Of a DNA stretch of 32,000 bases, positions 26,090 through 32,000 are shown piece after piece. The DNA is from Aquifex aeolicus VF5 (lineage in GTDB: Bacteria > Aquificota > Aquificia > Aquificales > Aquificaceae). The stretch lies in NCBI RefSeq assembly GCF_000008625.1, contig NC_000918.1:90001-122000 (forward strand), in the 5' to 3' direction. Below the pieces are notes generated by a model. It searched no databases and was not told where the DNA came from. It saw nothing but the letters and a program-made list of their open reading frames with translations. The position numbers and the translations under genes are program-made. The number at the start of each line of letters is the position of its first letter. The stretch's first letter is position 1.

Positions 26090-27442
26090 TCACAGTATGT
26101 ACCTGCTCAGTTCTTCATCTTTTACGAGGTTTTCAAGTTTAGCCTTTACAAATTTTGCGTCTATTATTATAGTCTGCCCGGCCATTTCCGGAGCGTTGAA
26201 GGATATGTCTTCCAGGAGTTTCTCCATTACGGTGTGGAGTCTACGAGCCCCTATGTTTTCAGTCTTCGTGTTAATTTCCTCCGCAATCCTCGCTATCTCT
26301 TCTATTGCATCATCTGTAAACTCAAGGTAAACGTTTTCGGTTTTGAGGAGTTCTATATACTGCTTCGTGAGTGCGTTTTCTGGTTCTACGAGTATCCTCT
26401 TGAAGTCTTCCTTTGTGAGGGGTTTTAGTTCAACTCTTATGGGAAACCTTCCCTGGAGCTCCGGAATTAGGTCCGAAGGCTTTGCCATGTGAAAAGCTCC
26501 AGCCCCTATGAAGAGTATGTGATCCGTCTTTACAGGTCCGTACTTTGTGTTTACAGTGGTTCCTTCAAGTATTGGTAGGAGATCCCTCTGCACCCCTTCC
26601 CTTGAGACTCCGGGACCTGCTCCGGGTGTCTTTACCGCTATCTTGTCTATCTCATCTATAAAGATTATCCCGAAGTTCTCCGCCCTGTATATGGCTTCCC
26701 TTGCGACTTCCTCCATATCTATGAGCTTTTCCGCCTCTTCCTGCTCAAGTATCTGAAGGGCTTCCTTCACCTTTACCTTTCTCCTCCTCTTTGAGGGAAT
26801 AAGCCCTGAGAGCATCTCCTTTATCTGGTTCTCAAGTTCTTCGAGTCCGGGAGGTCCGGCTATTCCCACCATGGGCACGGTCTTTTCCTTTACCTCAATC
26901 TCAACTATCCTGTCGTCCAGTTCCCCCTTTCTGAGCTTTTGCCTGAGCTCCTCTCTCTTTCCGGCGTCCCTGCTTTCCCTTATTCCGAAGCTCGTGAACT
27001 GGTGGGGTACGAGGTAATCGAGGAGTCTCTCTTCGGCGAGTCTTCTGGCCCTTTCCCTTACCTCTTTCATCTTTTCCTGTTTGACCATCTGGAAGGAGAC
27101 TTCCACGAGTTCTCTTACCATGCTTTCAACATCTCTTCCCACATACCCTATTTCCGTGTACTTCGTTGCCTCTACTTTCACAAAGGGTGCCTTTATGAGG
27201 TTTGCAAGCCTCCTCGCTATTTCCGTTTTTCCCACACCCGTTGGACCTATCATCAGTATGTTTTTCGGGATAACCTCATTCCTCAGGTTTTCTGGGAGTT
27301 TTTGCCTCCTCCAGCGGTTTCTGAGGGCTATGGCAACGGCCTTTTTCGCCTCCTCCTGACCTACTACGTACTTGTTTAGCTCCTCTACTACCCTCTTAGG
27401 TGTTAATTCTTCAAGGAGCTCAGAAAGGGATTTCGTCGTCAT
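26090..27442 (-). CDS. hslU: ATP-dependent protease ATPase subunit HslU
   Basis: [79 protein letters not shown]-terminal EELSRYIL. Confidence 0.97.
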   Translation of the reverse strand: MTTKSLSELLEELTPKRVVEELNKYVVGQEEAKKAVAIALRNRWRRQKLPENLRNEVIPKNILMIGPTGVGKTEIARRLANLIKAPFVKVEATKYTEIGYVGRDVESMVRELVEVSFQMVKQEKMKEVRERARRLAEERLLDYLVPHQFTSFGIRESRDAGKREELRQKLRKGELDDRIVEIEVKEKTVPMVGIAGPPGLEELENQIKEMLSGLIPSKRRRKVKVKEALQILEQEEAEKLIDMEEVAREAIYRAENFGIIFIDEIDKIAVKTPGAGPGVSREGVQRDLLPILEGTTVNTKYGPVKTDHILFIGAGAFHMAKPSDLIPELQGRFPIRVELKPLTKEDFKRILVEPENALTKQYIELLKTENVYLEFTDDAIEEIARIAEEINTKTENIGARRLHTVMEKLLEDISFNAPEMAGQTIIIDAKFVKAKLENLVKDEELSRYIL

Positions 27443-27884
27443 CTTTTGACCTCTCGGTGGTTTCTAAAGAAACTTCTTTAACTATCCTGTCAAGGAACGC
27501 GTCAAGGTCCTCGGGGAACTTTTCGAACTTGAGTTCTTCGGGGTAAACCCTTTCCACCACTTCGGGCGGCGGATTTCCGAAACCTATTGCTGGAACGATG
27601 TTCTTCGCTCCCCTTCTGACCGCTTCTCCGATTGCTATCCTGTAAGCTTCCCTCAGGGCCGTTTCAATATCCTTGAACCTGTCCACTTCGTCTCCTAGTT
27701 CGTACAGGGTTATGTCGTAGGCTTCTTCCTTGAACTTTTCCCAGTCTCTGATACCTCTGATGTAGTACTTTCCCTGACTTCCTGTGAGTTCAACGCTAGA
27801 GAGGTCGTCGAGCTTAAATGTAACGATGTAGTAATCTACAAGTTCCCTGTCCGCGTAAACGTCTATAAAGAAGAAAAACTCCAT
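27420..27884 (-). CDS. Uncharacterised protein upstream of and overlapping hslU
   Basis: 154-aa [54 protein letters not shown]...; 23-bp overlap with hslU start. Confidence 0.65.
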   Translation of the reverse strand: MEFFFFIDVYADRELVDYYIVTFKLDDLSSVELTGSQGKYYIRGIRDWEKFKEEAYDITLYELGDEVDRFKDIETALREAYRIAIGEAVRRGAKNIVPAIGFGNPPPEVVERVYPEELKFEKFPEDLDAFLDRIVKEVSLETTERSKDDDEIPF

Positions 27885-27937
27885 CTTATTAATAATATTT
27901 CTACAAGCTTACTTTTTAAAGGCTATTATAAAAGTGT

Positions 27938-28960
27938 ATGGAACTGGTAAGGGAACTGCTAAGGAAAATAGCTGAATTTGAAAACCTAACTGCGGAAGAA
28001 ATGTACAACTTGATGAAAGAAGTGGCGGAGGGAAGGGCAACGGACGCCCAGATCGGAGCACTCGTAATGGGAACAAAGATGAAGGGGGAAACTCCTGAGG
28101 AAATAGAGGGTGCAGTAAAGCTCTTCAGGGAAAAAGTCGTAAGGGTTCCCGTAAAAGATCCTGAAGAGCTCGTGGACGTAGTAGGAACGGGAGGAGATAA
28201 AAGTTCTACTTTTAACGTTTCCACTGTTACTGGGTTTGTTCTCGCTGGTGCAGGAGTAAAAGTGGCAAAACATGGGAACCGCTCCGTCTCTTCAAAAAGC
28301 GGTAGTGCGGATTTTCTGGAAGCCCTCGGAGCAAAAGTAGAACTTCTCCCTGAAAAGGTGGCGAGACTTATTGAAGAAGTGGGATTCGGATTTATGTTCG
28401 CTCCGCTCTTCCACCCCGCCATGAAAAGGGTCGTTTCTCCGAGAAGGGAGGTGGGAGTCCGATCCATTTTTAATTTGATAGGACCACTTACAAACCCCGC
28501 GGGTGTAAAGAGGTATCTCCTCGGTGTTTTTTCAAAGGAATACGTTGATAAATTCGCAAAAGCCCTTAAAAACCTCGGCGTTAAAAAGGCATTCGTCGTG
28601 CACGGGGAAGGTGGTATTGACGAGGTGAGCGTAGAAGGGGAAACCTACGTTACGGAAGTTTCAGAAGAAGGGATAAGGAGTTTTACCTTTTCTCCTGAAG
28701 AACTCGGTGTAAAGAGAAAGTCTCTGAGTGAAGTTAGGGTAAACTCCCCGGAAGAGAGCGTAAAAGTTGCACTTTCAGTTTTGAGAGGAGAAGAGGGAAC
28801 GCCGAGGGATATGGTTCTCCTGAACGCAAGCTTCGGAATTCTCGTATCTGAAAGGGCAGGGGATATAAAGGAAGCCTTTGAAATGGCTAAGGAGTCCATA
28901 GACAGCGGAAAGGCTCTGGAGGTATTGGAGAAGTATGTGGAACTCTCAAATAAAATCTGA
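27938..28960 (+). CDS. trpD: Anthranilate phosphoribosyltransferase
   Basis: DVVGTGGDKSSTFNVSTVTGFVLAGAGVKVAKHGNRSVSSKSGSADFLEALGAKV, FAPLFHPAMKRVVSPRREVGVRSIFNLIGPLTNP. Confidence 0.96.
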   Translation: MELVRELLRKIAEFENLTAEEMYNLMKEVAEGRATDAQIGALVMGTKMKGETPEEIEGAVKLFREKVVRVPVKDPEELVDVVGTGGDKSSTFNVSTVTGFVLAGAGVKVAKHGNRSVSSKSGSADFLEALGAKVELLPEKVARLIEEVGFGFMFAPLFHPAMKRVVSPRREVGVRSIFNLIGPLTNPAGVKRYLLGVFSKEYVDKFAKALKNLGVKKAFVVHGEGGIDEVSVEGETYVTEVSEEGIRSFTFSPEELGVKRKSLSEVRVNSPEESVKVALSVLRGEEGTPRDMVLLNASFGILVSERAGDIKEAFEMAKESIDSGKALEVLEKYVELSNKI

Positions 28961-30162
28961 TGAAGGAAGCCCTTATCCTTTTCTTTCTTATAGTTTCCTA
29001 TAACTACCTCCTTTACTACATAACCGCCAAAGATTTAGCACTAATTCCCCTCTTTCCCGAAAACCCGGAAGAGATCATACTCGTCATAGCCTTCAACTCG
29101 GCCCTTTATATAGGCTGGTTCTTCGGGGAGAGGAGAAAACTCGTAACAATTCTGGGTTATTTATTTTTCTTTCAGACAGTTCTACTCTCTTTAGTGAAGA
29201 AAGATCCCTACACCTTCGTTTCTACCGCTTTTCCCGTGATCTTTACGCTTATGCTAGTTGCTCTATTCAAGAGCCCCTTTGAAAGGGAACTCGAAAGGAT
29301 ACAGAAAGAGAAAGAAGCACTGCTGGAAGAGCTGGAGAAAAACGAAGAGGTAAGACAAAAAGTAGAGGAAGAAAGAGAACGTCTAAAGAAGGAAATATCC
29401 CTCATAAAACTCCAGATAGAACAAAAAGAAAGAGAACTTGAAAGAGCTAAAGAGGCACAGGAGAAACTGGAAGAGGTTGAGAAAAAAGAAAAAGAAGTTA
29501 ATAAACTCAAAGAAAAACTAAGGGAACTCGAGAAAAACTTAAAAAAACAAAAGGAAAAGGAAGAGAAACTCCTAGAATCCAACAGGAAACTATTTCAGTT
29601 GCTTGAACTGCTCGGAAGGAAGGAAGATAAGAGGAGGGGAAGCAAAGAGGTAAGGGAGCTGAGAAAAGAGAGGAAGAAACTGGTCAAGGAAGTTTTAGAG
29701 CTACAGGATCTTCTGGAGATATACTCAAGGGAAAATGAGGAGTTAAAAAAGGAGCTTGAAAAGTTAAAGAGTGAACTAGAAGGGGCCAAAAAGGAAATCG
29801 CTAAACTCTTAACCGAAAAAGAGAATTTATCAAAAGCGGTAAAGAAGAAGGAAGAGATTTACGAGGAAGTCTTAAGAGTTTTCCTTCCGAACGTGAAGTT
29901 TACACCGGAAGCCCTTCAAGAATTCATGAGTTTATCCACTCAGGAGAAGAGGAGGTTTTTGAGGGAATTGGAAAAACTGGAGGAAGGAACGAAGCTCGAG
30001 AGTTTAACAAACGTTCACGGAGTTTACAAGCTCAAGTTCGGAGGTGGAAGGATTTACGTAAGGAAGGAAGGGGACAGGTGGGTAGTTATCGGTATACTGG
30101 ATACGGAGCAGGACAAGGAAAAAGAGCGCTACATAGAGTCTTTGAGGGATAGATTGTATTAA
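28960..30162 (+). CDS. Membrane-anchored long coiled-coil protein with RelE/ParE-like C-terminal region
   Basis: N-terminal TM segments (to about residue 110), about 190 residues of E/K-rich heptad-like sequence, then VKFTPEALQEFMSLSTQEKRRFLRELEKLEEGTKLESLTNVHGVYKLKFGGGRIYVRKEGDRWVVIGILD. Confidence 0.7.
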   Translation: MKEALILFFLIVSYNYLLYYITAKDLALIPLFPENPEEIILVIAFNSALYIGWFFGERRKLVTILGYLFFFQTVLLSLVKKDPYTFVSTAFPVIFTLMLVALFKSPFERELERIQKEKEALLEELEKNEEVRQKVEEERERLKKEISLIKLQIEQKERELERAKEAQEKLEEVEKKEKEVNKLKEKLRELEKNLKKQKEKEEKLLESNRKLFQLLELLGRKEDKRRGSKEVRELRKERKKLVKEVLELQDLLEIYSRENEELKKELEKLKSELEGAKKEIAKLLTEKENLSKAVKKKEEIYEEVLRVFLPNVKFTPEALQEFMSLSTQEKRRFLRELEKLEEGTKLESLTNVHGVYKLKFGGGRIYVRKEGDRWVVIGILDTEQDKEKERYIESLRDRLY

Positions 30163-30227
30163 TAGGAGTCTGGTAAAATTGATAAAGGACTTAGCAAAAA
30201 CTTTGATAAAAACAAAGGAGGAAAGAC

Positions 30228-31451
30228 ATGGCAGAATTAAGGGAAACTCTCGAAAGACTCGCATCCTTCAGACCTCAAAATTACTACGTTTCCACCCTTT
30301 ATTTGAGATTAATGCCCGAAGACAGGCAGGACAACAAGTACCTGAGGGTTTACAAGGACCTAGTGAAAAAGAAGGAAAAGGATTTAGAAAACCTGAACCT
30401 GGATAAAGAGGTTCTTGATTCTATAAGGGGGGACATTAAGAACATTCAGGACTTTTTATCCGATCCTAAAAACCTTTACAACTGCAGGGGGATAGCGATA
30501 TTTTCCTGCTCAAAGCTCGGACTGTTTGAGTACGTGAAACTTCCCTACGTTTACAGAAACAGGCTTATGTTCTCACCTGACCCTCTCGTGAGGGAAATAG
30601 CGGCGATAGACGAGGAGTTCGGAAGGGTTGCAGTTCTGCTTCTTGACAGAAAACACATAAGGTACTTCCTCATGGACATAACGGGAATAGAAGAAAAGCT
30701 GGACTTCTTAGAGCCCATGACCACGAGAGCCCACAGGTTCCACAGCGGAGGAGCGCTTCTCAAAGGTGCGGAGGGAACGTTCCAGTACAGAATGCCCGCG
30801 AGGGGTGCAGCGCCAAACGTAGTTCAGCACGGAATGGGTGAGTGGCGTTTCCACATGAGATTAAGGGAAGAGTGGCACAGGATACTCAAACTCGCATCGG
30901 ACGCCCTCTTTGAAGAGTGGAAGAGAATACACTTTGACAAGTTAATAATCGGGGGATTTATAGAAGAAGGTCTGAGGGAAATAGAAAACTTCCTGCACCC
31001 ATACGTTAAAGAAAAACTGGTGGGTTACATAGAGATAACGCCCGAAGAGGCAACTCCCCATCAAGTTTGGGAAAAAGCCCTTGACCTCCTTTGGCAAAAG
31101 GACAGGGAGCAGGAAAAGGAAATAATTAAGGAGCTTGAAGAATTAAAGGGCTGGGGACTCGCGGTTAACGGAACTTCGGAAGTTCTTGAAATGCTAGCCA
31201 TAGGAAACGTAAGAACGCTAATTCTTCCAGAGGACTTTGAAAAACCCGGATACCTCTGTCCGCAGAGTCACCTCGCATTCTTAAAGCCCGAGTGCCCCCT
31301 TCCCGAAGAAAAGCCCATTCCCGTAAGCGACGTGGTTGACGAGGCATTAGAAGAGGCCCTGGATCAAAGGGCAACGATAGAGGTTATAATAGATAAGGAA
31401 CTCCAGAAGAAGGTGGACGGACTTGCGGCGTTCTTAAGGTTTAAGCTATGA
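30228..31451 (+). CDS. Bacterial eRF1-like (baeRF-type) protein
   Basis: 407 aa; SPDPLVREIAAIDEEFGRVAVLLLDRKHIRYFLM, HGMGEWRFHMRLREEWHRILKLASDALFEEWKRIHFDKLIIGG, GLAVNGTSEVLEMLAIGNVRTLILPEDF resemble eRF1 domains 2 and 3; RBS aaaggagga. Confidence 0.65.
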   Translation: MAELRETLERLASFRPQNYYVSTLYLRLMPEDRQDNKYLRVYKDLVKKKEKDLENLNLDKEVLDSIRGDIKNIQDFLSDPKNLYNCRGIAIFSCSKLGLFEYVKLPYVYRNRLMFSPDPLVREIAAIDEEFGRVAVLLLDRKHIRYFLMDITGIEEKLDFLEPMTTRAHRFHSGGALLKGAEGTFQYRMPARGAAPNVVQHGMGEWRFHMRLREEWHRILKLASDALFEEWKRIHFDKLIIGGFIEEGLREIENFLHPYVKEKLVGYIEITPEEATPHQVWEKALDLLWQKDREQEKEIIKELEELKGWGLAVNGTSEVLEMLAIGNVRTLILPEDFEKPGYLCPQSHLAFLKPECPLPEEKPIPVSDVVDEALEEALDQRATIEVIIDKELQKKVDGLAAFLRFKL

Positions 31452-32000
31452 ACGAGAGGTTAATGATATTCATCGACGGTTCTAATCTGTTTCACGGAAT
31501 ACGGTACTTGAACATAAAGGTGGATTATTCAAAACTCGTGGAGTTCTTGAGGGAGGGGCGCTACCTCGTTCGCGCTTACTTTTACACCGCCGTTCCTCAG
31601 GAAAAGGACATCAAGAAGGGAACGCCCGAGTGGGACAGTCTTCAGAGACAAAAGAGGTTCCTTGACGAACTTTCCTTTATGGGCATAAAAGTGAAGACAG
31701 CTCACTTGAGGAAACTCCCGAGCGGTGAGTACCTGGAAAAGGAAGTTGACATAATGCTTGCCACGGATATGCTCTCCCTTGCTTACAGAAACGCTTACGA
31801 TACGGCTGTTCTCGTTAGCGGGGATAGCGACTTTATACACACCGTGGAAGCGGTGCAGAGTCTGGGAAAGAGGGTGGAAAACGCAACATTCAAGAAAACG
31901 AGTTCCTACAACCTGAGAAAGGTGTGCGACAGGTTCATACTTCTGGACGACCATCTTGACAAGATACTCATGGAGGAGAAGGGTAAAGAAATAGTTCCCG
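31448..32000 (+). CDS. NYN/LabA-like PIN-fold nuclease, 3' truncated by window end; not in supplied ORF track
   Basis: ATG 31448 (ATGA overlap) opens MNERLMIFIDGSNLFHGIRYLNIKVDYSKLVEFL...EKEVDIMLATDMLSLAYRNAYDTAVLVSGDSDFIHTVEAVQSLGKRVENATFKKTSSYNLRKVCDRFILLDDHLDKI..., open to 32000; conserved acidic FIDGSN, K-E-VDI, SGDSDF. Confidence 0.85.
   Translation, partial: MNERLMIFIDGSNLFHGIRYLNIKVDYSKLVEFLREGRYLVRAYFYTAVPQEKDIKKGTPEWDSLQRQKRFLDELSFMGIKVKTAHLRKLPSGEYLEKEVDIMLATDMLSLAYRNAYDTAVLVSGDSDFIHTVEAVQSLGKRVENATFKKTSSYNLRKVCDRFILLDDHLDKILMEEKGKEIVP

Noticed and set aside
24754-27379. Several plus-strand ORFs of 60-146 aa opposite the ALDH and hslU genes
   Set aside because: They are antisense shadows of strongly supported coding genes and contain no recognisable motifs.
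28645-29789. Minus-strand ORFs opposite trpD and the coiled-coil gene (Ser/Phe-rich)
   Set aside because: Low-complexity Ser/Phe composition mirrors Lys/Glu-rich sense codons; typical shadow ORFs.
1-32000. tRNA, rRNA, tmRNA, SRP RNA, transposase or integrase genes
   Set aside because: None recognised by eye; intergenic gaps are mostly under 100 bp. A tRNAscan/Infernal run would be decisive.

Overview
The window is a compact, mostly housekeeping segment that looks like an Aquificales (Aquifex aeolicus-like) chromosome. Gene content, gene order and protein style suggest this; I ran no search. Genes overlap by a few bases throughout. Modules: deoC / citryl-CoA-lyase-like / ResA-like / ctaA-ctaB / oxidase-subunit-I-like / DUF420; Skp, Nudix, NPD-like dioxygenase, folK, NtrC-family sigma54 activator, rsmE, proC, yfiH-like, rsgA, bioA; nth-like, cas6, yidC, yidD, rpmH; atpE, USP-like, atpB; hisF, OmpA-like, L,D-transpeptidase, rpoZ, gmk, rfaE2, ALDH, hslU, trpD. 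The strongest candidates for something new are: (1) the right-end operon of a membrane-anchored coiled-coil protein with a RelE/ParE-like C-terminus, an eRF1-like (baeRF-type) protein without a GGQ motif, and a NYN/PIN-like nuclease truncated by the window end; (2) a solitary Cas6 with no array or other cas genes, inside the rpmH-yidD-yidC gene block, where rnpA is absent; (3) an almost perfect 286/287-bp tandem duplication at the 5' end of ctaA; (4) a divergent heme-copper-oxidase-subunit-I-like protein that seems to lack the usual His-His pair, next to heme A genes and an unlisted 38-aa membrane ORF. At least seven single-base deletions in short homopolymers break otherwise intact reading frames, including the essential-type genes gmk and rsgA. 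This pattern points to sequencing or assembly error more than to real pseudogenes.
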